Shown here piece after piece: positions 1-10,609 of a stretch of DNA of 64,000 nt (the first letter of the stretch is position 1; every line of letters starts with the position of its first letter). Both the position numbers and the translations under genes were made by a program. Origin of the DNA: Aquificaceae bacterium. Its GTDB lineage: Bacteria > Aquificota > Aquificia > Aquificales > Aquificaceae. The notes below the pieces were generated by a model that made no database searches, was not told where the DNA came from, and was given only the letters and a program-made list of their open reading frames with translations. Location of the stretch: assembly GCA_037925075.1 (NCBI GenBank), contig JAXSNR010000001.1, forward strand, positions 512,001-576,000. The letters run 5' to 3'.

Positions 1-2127
1 TTATCCCCCCTTTACCCTCCTTCTTTATAGCATACATAAGGACTTCTCCAAGTGATATTATCTCTTCCTTAGTTTTTGCGTCCAGCGGATAACATATTAT
101 CCCCAAACTCAAGCTAACATGGATCTCCGTATCCCCAAAAGGCAAAGGCATGTTAAAAACTTCCTGTCTCAACCTTTCTGCCACGTACTTAGCCACCATC
201 TTATTGGCTTTAGGTAATATCACAGCAAACTCATCACCACCCAACCTACCAGCTATATCCAATTTTCTTATCTTACCTTTTATAAGCTCAGCAATGTGCT
301 TAAGGGCCATGTCCCCCACATGGTACCCATAAGTATCGTTTATCACCTTGAAGTTATCCACATCAATAAAGAGCAAACATAGAGGTTCTCCAGATCTGTC
401 AGCCTTTTCTATCTCATATTCAAGCATCTTTTCAAAGCTTTTTCTGTTGTATAGCATAGTTAGCGGGTCGTATTCGGTTAGAAACCTTATGTTTGCCTGG
501 GCTTTCTCAAGGTCTTCTATAACCTTCATAAGCTTTACCACATGAAATAGCTGGTTACTGACCGTCTTTAGGAAAAGTAGCTCTTCCTTGTCAAAACTCG
601 TATGTTTTCTCAAACCTATTACACCAGATTGATAAAAATTGCTTTCAAACTTACAGTACATATAATTGCCACCGAGTTGATACATCTCCGGGCTTTGCAT
701 TATCTCTTCTAAAAGTTTATGGACTTTAAAATCTGGAAAGTTTGTCAAAAAACCAGAGGAAAACACTATTCTCTCTGGAAGTTCCGCATTCTTGTTCCAT
801 ATATAAAAGATACTTCCATCCATCTTAAGCACGTAGTCCAGTCTCTCAAGCACCTGTTTAGAAAAGGTGTCTATGTTGTTGTAGGCTTGTGTGGCATACT
901 CTGAAGTTTCCAAAAGAAGGTACAACCTATCAAGCTCCCTTGCTTTTTCTTCTATAGTTTTATCAAAGTTTATAAAGTTAAGAATATAGCCAAGGATTAG
1001 CCTTTCTGTGTTTATTACATGAAGCCTGTCAAGTGGGCTTTCTGGGAACTCACTAAGTGTGCTAACGACCAGGCAATTTTCATAAATACTGTAATGAGCT
1101 TCTTTATCAAAGTATTCACCGCCAAGACCTTCTATAAACTTAGTTAAACTGTTCAAGTCAATAGCACTTAGTTTATAGCCTTCTGGTCTATGAACCACAG
1201 CCACGAGCCTTCTTTCTTTAAGGTCGTATAAAAACATGGAATTAATCATATAAGCTGAGTCTTTATCCATTTCTAAAAGATAGAGCCCTTCCTTTACGGT
1301 GGGCTTTCCTCTTGCTATTTCAGTGAGCAGATTGCGTATTGATTTCATAATAAGCACAGCTTTTTGTATTACGTTAATGTAAATAACACCATAAGCTATG
1401 ATTAAATAAGCCAAAAACCTATAAAAAGAGGCAAGGACTATTAAAAAATCATAGAAGTGTTTATAAAGGACAAGGCTCAACGAAGATAGGGAAAGTAAAC
1501 CAAGAGCTGTAAAGAGATAAAGAGACAGTAGCTTTCCTAAGACCTTGTTCTTTATAACGTAAAGGACAAGCAAGAAATAAAGAACCACGGACAGAACATC
1601 AAAAGCATCTCTGTACCACGGCTGTCTTACACCTTCAATGTACAAAGCAGGGAGATGCTGGTAAAAGATGACTATCCAAAAGGAAGCTGTAAGAGAAAAG
1701 GCTGTTAAGGCTATATAAGCTCTTTGAGGAATATAGGCTTTTACCCTATCGTAAAATATAGAGACATAAAAGGCGAGCAAGACCAAGGTTCTTGATAAAA
1801 GAAACAGATAAGCAACCTTATCCCTTGTATTCTTTGTTATAAAGTCTGGGAAGAAAACAAAGGAAAGTATGTGGAAAAGGTCAGGTATAAGAGAGGGTAG
1901 CAGAAAAAGTCCTAAAACATGGATTCTTTCGCTTAAAAACCTTCTACCTAAGGCAAGTATGATTGCTACTAAAAATAAAAGGGTAAAAAAGGAGGTTAGT
2001 CTGAGAGTAGCTATCCAAAAGGCAAAGCTGGACCTCTCAAGTACAAGCTGATCCGCATAAAGATAAGACAAGAGCGTTAATAAAGTCCCCCCAACAAAAG
2101 AGCAAAGCTCATATGTTTATACATCAT
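1..2127 (-). CDS. Membrane sensor diguanylate cyclase (MASE3-like TM region + GAF-like + GGDEF); runs off the left edge; probable 1-nt frameshift near the 5' end
   Basis: Not in the ORF track. Translated by hand: the frame is open from 2116 to the window edge. It contains YDPLTMLYNR, FIDVDNFKVINDTYGYHVGD and GRLGGDEF (GGDEF at 227-241), and N-terminal DLFHILSF..PDFITKN resembling MASE3. The coupled ATG (2127) is out of frame at a C6 run (2087-2092); an alternative TTG lies at 2071. Confidence 0.85.
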
Positions 2128-2810
2128 ATAACATTATAATCGTAAGAACCACTTGGAAGATTAGAGTTGATCAGCTTTAAAAGAAAATCCGCCACCATCT
2201 GTGGTGTTTTTAGTGTTCTTGGATCTTCATGAGGGTAAGCCTTTGCCCTCATCTGAGTTCTTGTGGCACCCGGATTAAGGGCATATACCTTTATACCTTT
2301 GTCCTTTAACTCTTCCGCAAGAAGAAGGCTAAAACCCTCCACTCCAAACTTGGAAACCGCGTAGGCTCCCCAGTAGGGTGCGGGTCTTTTGCCCGCACCG
2401 GAGGACATATTAACAATAATAGAGTCTTCTCTCATGTAAGGTAGTGCGTACTTTGTTATGTAAAAAACCCCGTTTATATTTACCCTTATAACCTCCTCCC
2501 ACACCTCTTCGGGATAATCTTGAACAGAAAGCCTTTCACCCAGTATGCTTGCGTTGTTTACAAGTAGTTCAATGCCACCCATCCTTTCCACACAGAAAAG
2601 CACAAACTCCTTGGCGGAATTTTTATCTTCCACGTGGCAAGCCTTCGTGTGGAGAAGCTTAGGATTTTTTAGTTCCTCTTTCAGTTTGATTAGGTCTTCT
2701 TCTTTCCTTGAGCAGGTGCAAACCTGCCAGCCCTCACTTATTAGCCTTTCCACTATAGCCCTTCCTATGCCCCTGCTTCCCCCTGTTATTATCGCCCTTT
2801 TGTAGTCCAT
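2124..2810 (-). CDS. Short-chain dehydrogenase/reductase (YciK-like)
   Basis: TGGSRGIG, NNAS, YxxxK (YAVSK), NPGATRTQMRAKAYP. Confidence 0.9.
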   Translation of the reverse strand: MDYKRAIITGGSRGIGRAIVERLISEGWQVCTCSRKEEDLIKLKEELKNPKLLHTKACHVEDKNSAKEFVLFCVERMGGIELLVNNASILGERLSVQDYPEEVWEEVIRVNINGVFYITKYALPYMREDSIIVNMSSGAGKRPAPYWGAYAVSKFGVEGFSLLLAEELKDKGIKVYALNPGATRTQMRAKAYPHEDPRTLKTPQMVADFLLKLINSNLPSGSYDYNVI

Positions 2811-2854
2811 GCTTATATTTTAAGGATATAATAAAAACCTTAAGGAGGTAAGGC

Positions 2855-3529
2855 ATGCTTCTAAACCTTGAAGTAAGAACACAGCTTAAGGACATCTTCT
2901 CAAAGGAGCTCAAAGAACAGGTGAACCTAAAGCTCTTCTCTCAGGCTATAGGCTGTGAAACCTGTCAAATTGCAGAAGAGCTTCTAAAAGAGCTTGCAGA
3001 GGTAGAGCCAGAAAAGATAAAACTGGAAATCTATTCCCCCCTTGTGGACAGAGAAATCAGCCAGAAGTATGGCATTGAGAGGGTACCCACCATAGTGATA
3101 GAGGGGGATAAGGACTATGGCATACGTTATGTGGGTCTTCCCGCAGGGCTTGAGTTTACAACTCTTGTTCAGGGTGTGGTGCAGGTCTCAAAGAGAGAGC
3201 CCAAGCTTTCCGAAAGAACCATAGAAATGCTCCAAAACATAGACATCCCTATGGAAATTATGGTCTTTGTAACCACATCCTGTGGATACTGTCCATCCGC
3301 AGCCATAACCGCCATGAACTTTGCAATGGCAAACGACAACATAAAAGCTATGATAGTTGACGCAAGCGAGAACATGGACCTTGCGGAAAGGTTTCAGGTG
3401 GTTGGTGTGCCAAAGATAGTGATAAACAGAGGAGTGGTGGAGTTTGTAGGAGCTCAGCCGGAGAACAACTTTCTTGGTTATGTGATATCCGCCTACGAAA
3501 AGCTAAGGAGAGAAAATGGACAGGCTTGA
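2855..3529 (+). CDS. Protein disulfide oxidoreductase (two thioredoxin folds, thermophile PDO family)
   Basis: Two CxxC motifs (CETC, CGYC), GLPAGLEF, GVP cis-Pro motif; AAGGAGGT RBS. Confidence 0.9.
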   Translation: MLLNLEVRTQLKDIFSKELKEQVNLKLFSQAIGCETCQIAEELLKELAEVEPEKIKLEIYSPLVDREISQKYGIERVPTIVIEGDKDYGIRYVGLPAGLEFTTLVQGVVQVSKREPKLSERTIEMLQNIDIPMEIMVFVTTSCGYCPSAAITAMNFAMANDNIKAMIVDASENMDLAERFQVVGVPKIVINRGVVEFVGAQPENNFLGYVISAYEKLRRENGQA

Positions 3530-3839
3530 GTATTTTAAGAGCCTTTTGGAAAAGACGCCAGACAACCCTATGGTGCATTACTCCTTAGCCCTCGAATACT
3601 ACAAACTCAAAGACTATCAAAATACCATAAGGCATATGCAAGAATACCTGAAACTGAAAGAGGACGAAGGGGCAGGATATAGGATTCTTGCAAGGTGCTA
3701 TGAGGAGCTTGGAGAGTATGAAAAGGCAATGCAGGTGCTTGAAGAGGGTATTCAAAAGGCTTTGAAATACAACCATCCCAGCATGGCGGAGGAGTTTAGG
3801 TCTTGGATAGAACAGTTAAAACAATTACAATCCTTTTAG
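3516..3839 (+). CDS. Small TPR protein
   Basis: TPR-like helices (PDNPMVHYSLALEY; GYRILARCYEELGEYEKA). Confidence 0.8.
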   Translation: MDRLEYFKSLLEKTPDNPMVHYSLALEYYKLKDYQNTIRHMQEYLKLKEDEGAGYRILARCYEELGEYEKAMQVLEEGIQKALKYNHPSMAEEFRSWIEQLKQLQSF

Positions 3840-4564
3840 GCTTCGTCTTTTTATCCTTTTCTCAAGAACTAAAAGCTTGCTACAGAGCTTATTTATTTTT
3901 ACTACCCGTTGCGGAAACTTGCATAACCTACAAACAGCAAAATAACCACCTTAAGGTGGAGAGCTTTGTAAAAACCATAAACGTGGGCAGGTTGGTAAAG
4001 AGGGTTTACAACAGAGGTGGTGCGGAGGTGGAGGTTCCTGAGCTTTCTCCAAGACACTTTACCTACTATCAGGAAGAGGGAGAGTTCAAAAGGTACCAAG
4101 AGTACACCTTTGGCAACGGTAAGATAAAGGTCCTTGAGATAAAGTATGTAAAGCTTAGCGACCAAGTTGAAAAGAAAGAAGAAAAGGAATACTCCTACAA
4201 AGGCTTTGTAGACCCATACACAGCCAGCCTTATTCTTTATAGAGAAAGTGCAAAGGTGGAAAAGGGAACTGTAAAGATGTTTTACGACGACAAGGAATAT
4301 TGGCTACCCTACAGCCTTGTGGGAAGGGAAAGGATAGATACGCCAGCAGGTTCCTTTACGGCAAGAAGGGTGGAGGTATATCCCAATATAGAGACAAAAG
4401 GGCTATTGAAACCAAAAGGTATATGGTATCTTTGGATAGACGAAGACACCAACTTGCCTGTTAGGATGGAGCTAAAGTTTGTAATAGGTTCAGCTTCTGC
4501 TAGGCTTGAAAGGATTGAGGGAGATAAATACCTTCTGAGAAGTATCTTAAGTGCAAAGAGATAG
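3803..4564 (+). CDS. Exported DUF3108-like protein
   Basis: Signal peptide; IDTPAGSF and LWIDEDTNLPVRM motifs. Confidence 0.7.
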   Translation: MDRTVKTITILLGFVFLSFSQELKACYRAYLFLLPVAETCITYKQQNNHLKVESFVKTINVGRLVKRVYNRGGAEVEVPELSPRHFTYYQEEGEFKRYQEYTFGNGKIKVLEIKYVKLSDQVEKKEEKEYSYKGFVDPYTASLILYRESAKVEKGTVKMFYDDKEYWLPYSLVGRERIDTPAGSFTARRVEVYPNIETKGLLKPKGIWYLWIDEDTNLPVRMELKFVIGSASARLERIEGDKYLLRSILSAKR

Positions 4565-4580
4565 GGGGCTTATAGCCCCC
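4564..4580. terminator. GC hairpin between convergent genes (putative bidirectional terminator)
   Basis: GGGGGCT-TAT-AGCCCCC perfect 7-bp stem between the stops at 4564 and 4590. Confidence 0.6.
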
Positions 4581-4589
4581 AAGAGGTGA

Positions 4590-4826
4590 TTACTTCTTCT
4601 GTTCAGCAGGAGCACCTTCCTTCTTTTCTTCTTTCTTCTGCTCTGCAGCTTTCTTCTTAGCCTTCTTTTGCTCCTTCTTTTGTTCCTGTTTTTGTTCTTG
4701 CTTTTGCTCCTGCTTTTGCTCAGCTGCAGGTTTTGCTGGTTCTGCAGGCTTTGCTGGCTGTGCTTGCTGTGCCATTGCTGCACCTGTGAAGGCTACTGCA
4801 AGTAGTAGTGAAAGAACCTTCTTCAT
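4590..4826 (-). CDS. Small secreted low-complexity K/E/Q/A/P protein (Asr-like)
   Basis: AAGGAGGT RBS before ATG 4826; signal peptide MKKVLSLLLAVAFTGAAMA; PAKPA and EQKQ repeats. Confidence 0.75.
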   Translation of the reverse strand: MKKVLSLLLAVAFTGAAMAQQAQPAKPAEPAKPAAEQKQEQKQEQKQEQKKEQKKAKKKAAEQKKEEKKEGAPAEQKK

Positions 4827-4896
4827 ACCTATACCTCCTTTAGGTTTTTGATGGATAAAAGCATACAAGGAGAAAGATGAAAATTTAATGAAAAAT

Positions 4897-5745
4897 TTAG
4901 AGCCTCTGTTTAAGGAGCAGTAGGGCTATCTGATAAAGCACCGATGTAAAACCTACAGAATAGTAGAAGGTATGATGGTGACCAACAAACAGCACAAGCA
5001 GGTAAGCAACACCCATAAGTACCAGAGGGGAAAGGGCATTGAATAAGCTTAGTAGGTAAGCCCTTGAGAAGGACTTTTTGTCTTGGTAAACTATAGTGCC
5101 TAGGTTGAGCTTGTAAACTTCAAAATCCGTGGCAAAGGTTTTGTTTCCCCTCTGCGTAAGAAGTGAACCCTTCTTGAAGGTTATCTCACCAGCATTTACT
5201 GTAGCACTTTTGGCTATAACCACGCCTTCATAAAACTTGAAAAACACCCCTTCCATAGTATTCCCATCCCTTTTCTCCACATAAAGGGTGAACTGTCCAA
5301 AATTTTGAAAACTCTTAGGTGGTATTGAGGTAATTATAAAAGCGTAGTACTTGAGCATAAGCTGTTTTCTCACAAAACTTATATCCTCCTCTTTTATCAT
5401 GTAAAAAACACAAAGAAGACTAAAAATAACTGGAAGTAAAAGCATTAAGCTTTTTATATATAGGCTGATTGGTTTAAGGCCAAAAGACTGTATTACTTGT
5501 AGTTTTTTGCTTTCCCTTAGCTCAAAAAGGTTGATTGCAAAGGATATAAAAAGGGCTGTTGGAAGCATGTATGAAAAGTAAAAGAAAAACCACAGCAGAA
5601 AAAAGGGTAAAGAATCCTGTAGAGGTAGTTGAAATAATATCTGATCAAATCTAAATATCTGAAAGATGAGAAACAAAAAGGTAAAAAGCGAACTTATAAG
5701 AACACCAAGTTTAAAAAACCTCCAGAAAAACCATCTGAATATCAT
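4897..5745 (-). CDS. LptF/LptG-family permease (short form)
   Basis: Three N-terminal TMs with LPTALF..ELRESKKLQVIQSFGL, periplasmic beta region, C-terminal TMs. Confidence 0.7.
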   Translation of the reverse strand: MIFRWFFWRFFKLGVLISSLFTFLFLIFQIFRFDQILFQLPLQDSLPFFLLWFFFYFSYMLPTALFISFAINLFELRESKKLQVIQSFGLKPISLYIKSLMLLLPVIFSLLCVFYMIKEEDISFVRKQLMLKYYAFIITSIPPKSFQNFGQFTLYVEKRDGNTMEGVFFKFYEGVVIAKSATVNAGEITFKKGSLLTQRGNKTFATDFEVYKLNLGTIVYQDKKSFSRAYLLSLFNALSPLVLMGVAYLLVLFVGHHHTFYYSVGFTSVLYQIALLLLKQRL

Positions 5746-7379
5746 CTAAGTTTAAGCTTGCTTTTTAGCCTCTCCTTTTGGTTTGGCTCCCCCCTTTTGC
5801 CCTTCAAAAGAAGCTCATAAGCCTTTTTGTAGTATTCGTAGGCTTCTTTTTCCCGTCCCAGTTTAACAAGGACATCTCCCATGTGTTCATAAAGGACTGG
5901 GTCTTCCTTTTCTTTTTCAAGAGCCTTAAGAAGTAGCTCCTTTGCCCTTATGTAATCCCCACGATAATAAAGGACCCATGCCATGCTATCTATGTATGCT
6001 GGGTTCTCTGGATCCTTTTCCAAGGCTCTTTTTATGAGTTTTTCTGCCTCATCCGCCCTTGCACTTTCATACCACATAAGAAGGGAATAACCTAAATGGT
6101 TCAAAAGCTCTGGGTCATCGGGGTTTAGCTCAAGAGCTTTCCTGAGGTCCTCCTCCGCAGACAGGATTTTACCCCCCTTATCATAAACTACCGCCCTAAG
6201 AAAATATCCCCTGTAGTCCTTTGGGTTTATCTCCACCGCCTTGTTTATGTATTTAAGGGCTTCCTGAAGCTCTTCCCTTTCGCTGTATAGATTCCCCATA
6301 AGCAGGTTAAGCTGATAGTTGTTTGGGTCCATGGCAAGGGCATTTTTGAGTAGCTCCTCAGCCTTTTGATATTCTTTCCTATCTATGTATATGCCCGCTA
6401 TTCTTTCAAGGACCTTCGGGTTGTTTCCAACCTTTTTTTGAAGGTCTAAATATATGCCAAGAGCCTTATCGGTTTCCTTTTCATACTCAAGAAGTAGTGC
6501 GTAGGTGTAAGCCACATCTGGATTGTCTGGGTTTTCCCTGTAGAGTTTTTCCAAAATTTCCCTTGCCTTTTTGGTTTCCCCTGACCTGATGAGAATAAGG
6601 CTTTGCTGATACAGGTAATTTCCATCTGGGTAAAGCTCTGATAGCTTTTGATAGACATCTTTTGCCTCTTCGTACCTGCCTGTTATGGTGTATATGTGGG
6701 CAAGCCTTTCTAAAGCACTTCTGTTAGTAGGCTCCTGCTTGAGTATGTCCTTGTAGAGGCTTTCCGCCCTTGAGTATTCTCCTCTTTGTTCGTATATGCT
6801 TCCAAGAGTTATAAAGCCTGCTTCAAAGGTGCCTTTTACCTTGAGAGACTTTTCTAAGTATTCTATTGCTTCTTGTTGTTTTCCTTCAGAAAGGGCGATA
6901 CGGGCAAGCATAAAGTAGGGAAAGGGATTATCTGGACTAACCTGTGCAAGTCTTAAAAGCACACTGCGAGCCTTTGCAAGCTCACCTCTTCTTAGATATT
7001 CCTCAGCCAAAAATACCATTATCTCCTTAGATTCAGGGTTTTTTGAATAGCCCTCCTCAAGAGCCTTCAAAGCTTTGTCCGTTTCTCTTCTTATACTGTG
7101 TACGCTATGAAGCAGTAAGTAGGGATCGGGTATGTTGGGATACCTTGACCTAAATTCGTTGGCTATTTTAAGTGCAGTATCGCTTTTTTTAAGCTTGAGT
7201 GCTAACCTTACTGTATCCACATACAGAGTGGGCGTGGGTGCCCTTTCAAGGGCTCTAAGGCAATATGATTCCGCCTTTGCGGGAGCATCCTCCTGATAAA
7301 GCCTACAAAAAAGGTAATCAGAGTATGGATTATAAGCAAAAGCTAAGCCTACAAGCATAAGGGAAAAAAGTATTTTCAT
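5742..7379 (-). CDS. Exported multi-TPR protein
   Basis: Signal peptide; many TPRs; LNHLGYSL, AYIDSMAWVLY, HMGDVL. Confidence 0.85.
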   Translation of the reverse strand: MKILFSLMLVGLAFAYNPYSDYLFCRLYQEDAPAKAESYCLRALERAPTPTLYVDTVRLALKLKKSDTALKIANEFRSRYPNIPDPYLLLHSVHSIRRETDKALKALEEGYSKNPESKEIMVFLAEEYLRRGELAKARSVLLRLAQVSPDNPFPYFMLARIALSEGKQQEAIEYLEKSLKVKGTFEAGFITLGSIYEQRGEYSRAESLYKDILKQEPTNRSALERLAHIYTITGRYEEAKDVYQKLSELYPDGNYLYQQSLILIRSGETKKAREILEKLYRENPDNPDVAYTYALLLEYEKETDKALGIYLDLQKKVGNNPKVLERIAGIYIDRKEYQKAEELLKNALAMDPNNYQLNLLMGNLYSEREELQEALKYINKAVEINPKDYRGYFLRAVVYDKGGKILSAEEDLRKALELNPDDPELLNHLGYSLLMWYESARADEAEKLIKRALEKDPENPAYIDSMAWVLYYRGDYIRAKELLLKALEKEKEDPVLYEHMGDVLVKLGREKEAYEYYKKAYELLLKGKRGEPNQKERLKSKLKLR

Positions 7380-8254
7380 TCTAAACTCCTATGTATAAGC
7401 AAAGGAAGGTCCAAAGACTTTAGAAGCTCTGAAGAGGTGCTTCCGAGAAGCACCCTTTTAAGTCCAGATAGTCCTCTGCTTCCCAAAACCACCATGTTAA
7501 TGTCTGGGTTTTCCTTCAAAAAGTTCCTTATACCATCCGCCGGCGACCTGTCCTCAAGCAAGTAAGATGATGCTTCAAAGCCAAACTCCTTTAGCCATTT
7601 TTCAATTTCCTTTATGTGTTTGACCTTTTCTTCTCTGTACTTCTCACTCAAAACATCTTTTATTGACTCAACAACGGGCAGTTCTATGGTTTCTTCCACA
7701 TGCAGGAGGATCATGTGAGGAGAAAAGGGCTTTAGAAGGTTTACCGCAAAGTCAAGGGCTTTTCTGGCATGTTCTGAGAGGTCATATCCCACAAGCACCT
7801 TTTTTATACCTTCTGGCTCTCTCCCTTTTAAAACAAACACTGGCTTTTTTGAGTATTTGACCACCTTTTCTGCGGTTGAGCCTATCAGTATCCTTTCCAC
7901 AAGACCCTTTTTGTGGCTTCCCATAAAAACAAGGTCATAAGCCTCTTCCCTTTCTAAAACAGTCTCCGCAGGATCACCAATCTCCACAAAGACTTCCACC
8001 TCCAAGGGCTTTAGGAATTCTACAAGGGCTTTTAACCTTTCTTTTGCCTCTTCCTTCTTTTTTTCCTGAAGCTCTGCAAGAAGCTCAAGGTCTACAGTGC
8101 TCATACCAAAGCTCTCTGGATATGGAAGGTAAAGGACAGGAGAAACCACATGAAGGAGATGCACCTGTGCACCGTGAGCCTGAGCAAAAAGCTTAACTAC
8201 CCTAAGAAGTGGGTTTGTTATCTCTGTAAAATCAACAGGTACAAGGAACTTCAT
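7376..8254 (-). CDS. Tandem universal stress protein
   Basis: Two USP domains (LVPVDF..GSH..GSTAE; LVGYDLS..GSRG..GSTS). Confidence 0.9.
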   Translation of the reverse strand: MKFLVPVDFTEITNPLLRVVKLFAQAHGAQVHLLHVVSPVLYLPYPESFGMSTVDLELLAELQEKKKEEAKERLKALVEFLKPLEVEVFVEIGDPAETVLEREEAYDLVFMGSHKKGLVERILIGSTAEKVVKYSKKPVFVLKGREPEGIKKVLVGYDLSEHARKALDFAVNLLKPFSPHMILLHVEETIELPVVESIKDVLSEKYREEKVKHIKEIEKWLKEFGFEASSYLLEDRSPADGIRNFLKENPDINMVVLGSRGLSGLKRVLLGSTSSELLKSLDLPLLIHRSLE

Positions 8255-8268
8255 AATAGCCTCCCATT

Positions 8269-9069
8269 TTATAAACGGATTTCATTAAACTCCTCAAGGT
8301 TTAATTTAATTACTTCTTCTATAAAAGGAAAGCAAAGCTCATTTCCTGCGTAAACGTCTGTTGCGGTAGAAAAGCCCTTTGTAAGTGCCACCTTTGCACC
8401 CGCTTCTTTTGCTATAAGAGAGCCAGCGACCACATCCCAAGGGTTCAGCTCAAACTCCAAAAGCCCATCAAAGACACCCTCCGCAAGAAGGCAAAGGTCT
8501 ACCGCCGCCGCACCCGGCCTTCTCATGGCACCAACCTTATCAAAGACCTCCCTAAAGATATTCCAGTAGGAGTTTATGTTTCTTTTTGCCCTTGAAGGAT
8601 AGCCGTAGGCTACGTAGCACTGCTTTAATTGGCTTTTTTGCCTTACCCTTATGGGCTTTCCATTTTTGAAGGCACCGCCACCTTCCATAGCCCAGTATAG
8701 ACTGTCAAAAACTGGCAAATAGACCGCCCCCACAAGAGGCTTTCCTCTGTAAAGGAGTCCCACAGAGGTGCCAAAGATGGGAAAGCCAGCTATGTAGTTC
8801 TTTGTTCCGTCAAGTGGGTCTATGTACCAAACATACTCGCCATCCGCAGAGCCTCCATCCTCTTCCCCCACCACCTTATGGTCTGGCAAATACCTGTTTA
8901 TGTGCTCTCTAATGGCTTCTTCCGAAAGCTTGTCCGCAAGGCTATAAACATCCTTTTCACCCTTTTCCATTACAAGGTTTTCCTCTTTTTTGTAAAACTC
9001 CTTTAACACCTGCCCTCCGAGAAGGCTTGCCCCCTTTGCCACCTTTAAAAAGAACTCAACCTCACGCAT
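8269..9069 (-). CDS. suhB: Inositol monophosphatase family protein
   Basis: GEE, WYIDPLDGTKNY, WDVVAG. Confidence 0.85.
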   Translation of the reverse strand: MREVEFFLKVAKGASLLGGQVLKEFYKKEENLVMEKGEKDVYSLADKLSEEAIREHINRYLPDHKVVGEEDGGSADGEYVWYIDPLDGTKNYIAGFPIFGTSVGLLYRGKPLVGAVYLPVFDSLYWAMEGGGAFKNGKPIRVRQKSQLKQCYVAYGYPSRAKRNINSYWNIFREVFDKVGAMRRPGAAAVDLCLLAEGVFDGLLEFELNPWDVVAGSLIAKEAGAKVALTKGFSTATDVYAGNELCFPFIEEVIKLNLEEFNEIRL

Positions 9070-10255
9070 CGTCCAATACTTCTATACATGGAAGGCTGTT
9101 TCCCTCCAAAAGCTCCAAAAAGGCACCACCACCCGTAGAAACAAAGTCTATGGCATTGTACACGCCCGCCCTGTGTATGGCATGGTCTGTGTCCCCACCA
9201 CCCGCTATGGTGAGAGCTGGCGACTGAGCAAGTATTTTTGCGGTCTCGTAGGTCCCATCTTTGAACCTGTCCAGTTCAAACACTCCCATGGGACCGTTCC
9301 ATATTATGGTCTGGGCGTCTGCGGTTATCTCCTTCAAAAGGGCTACAGAAACGGGTCCTATATCAAGGCCCATCCATCCGTCGGGTATCTCCTGCCATGG
9401 GACTACCTTTGTGGGCGTGTTGTCCGATATCTCTTTTCCTATGACAAAATCCACGGGAAGGTAAAGCCTTACGTCCAATTTCTTAGCTACATCCAGTATG
9501 TCCCTTGCGGTGGGGATGAGCTCCTCTTCCACCAGAGAGCTACCAACCTTGTAGCCAAGTGCCTTTATAAAGGTAAAAGCCATGGCACCGCCTATGAAAA
9601 GCTTGTCCACCCTCTTAAGAAGGTTCTTTATGATACCCAGCTTTGAAGATACCTTTGCACCTCCTATTATGGCAACCACAGGCCTTTGTGGGTTTACCAT
9701 GGCCTTTTCAAAGTAGCTTATCTCCTTCTCAAGGAGAAAGCCCATCACCGCAGGCTTTAGAATCTGTGGCACAAGGTACACGGATGCGTGCCTTCTGTGG
9801 CATGTGCCAAAGGCATCGCTTACATAAACCTCTCCAAGCCTTGCCAAGCTTCTGGCAAACTCCTCACTTTTCTTGCTTTCCCCTTCATGAAACCTCAAGT
9901 TTTCCAAAAGGATTACCTCCCCCTCTTTCATAGCCATAACTTCCCTTTCCACCTCTTCACCCACACAGTCTGGAAGGATCCTTACCTCGCGGTTAAGATA
10001 CCTTGAAAGTCTCTTGGCAACGGGTGCAAGGCTAAGCTTTTCATCTCTTCCCTTAGGCCTTCCAAGATGAGACATAAGCACTATCTTTGCCTTGGCATCA
10101 AGCAAATACTCTATAGTGGAAAGGCTTGCCCTTATCCTCGTATCATCCTCAATGTTTCCAAACTCATCCATCGGCACGTTAAAGTCAACCCTTACAAGGA
10201 CCCTTTTGCCTTTGAGGTCCACATCTCTGAGCGTCTTTTTCCTAAAAGGCACCAC
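9062..10255 (-). CDS. pgk: Phosphoglycerate kinase
   Basis: RVDFNVP, SHLGRP, LLENLRF, GGAKVS, WNGPMGVFE, STGGGA. Confidence 0.97.
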   Translation of the reverse strand: MVPFRKKTLRDVDLKGKRVLVRVDFNVPMDEFGNIEDDTRIRASLSTIEYLLDAKAKIVLMSHLGRPKGRDEKLSLAPVAKRLSRYLNREVRILPDCVGEEVEREVMAMKEGEVILLENLRFHEGESKKSEEFARSLARLGEVYVSDAFGTCHRRHASVYLVPQILKPAVMGFLLEKEISYFEKAMVNPQRPVVAIIGGAKVSSKLGIIKNLLKRVDKLFIGGAMAFTFIKALGYKVGSSLVEEELIPTARDILDVAKKLDVRLYLPVDFVIGKEISDNTPTKVVPWQEIPDGWMGLDIGPVSVALLKEITADAQTIIWNGPMGVFELDRFKDGTYETAKILAQSPALTIAGGGDTDHAIHRAGVYNAIDFVSTGGGAFLELLEGNSLPCIEVLDDA

Positions 10256-10263
10256 AAACCTCC

Positions 10264-10596
10264 CTATGGCTCAAAGTCTATATCTTCATCGTCAAACTCA
10301 GGGATTTCGTTTATCTCAAACACGCCTCTTAGGTTAAGGGCAAGCCTTTTAAGGTTTTCAAGGTAGAAGACTATGTCCTCGTACACCTCAAGAAGTGCCC
10401 TGTACCTTTTTATCTCTTCGTAGCTCAGCCTTCTGGTCTTTAGGATCTTCTTTATGGCTATCCTTGACACAAAGGCTCTTGAATACTTTTCCTGCCACTC
10501 TTTCCAAAAGTCCTGCCCGCTTACTGGAGCTTTGACTATGAAAAACTCAAGATTAGAAAGTTCTTCCATGAGATTTAAATCAAGGGTGTTTTTCAC
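10264..10596 (-). CDS. Hypothetical protein (acidic C-terminus)
   Basis: GTG start with AAAGGAGGT RBS; in operon order between trpC and pgk. Confidence 0.7.
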   Translation of the reverse strand: MKNTLDLNLMEELSNLEFFIVKAPVSGQDFWKEWQEKYSRAFVSRIAIKKILKTRRLSYEEIKRYRALLEVYEDIVFYLENLKRLALNLRGVFEINEIPEFDDEDIDFEP

Positions 10597-10609
10597 GGGT
10601 TTACCTCCT

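Noticed and set aside
150..2051. Short plus-strand ORFs at 150, 348, 719 and 1869, and similar antisense ORFs throughout the window
   Set aside because: Shadows of well-supported genes on the opposite strand
5951..5968. CRISPR spacer self-match (CCCACGATAAT) in the TPR gene
   Set aside because: Only 11 contiguous nt, not extendable without gaps; compatible with chance
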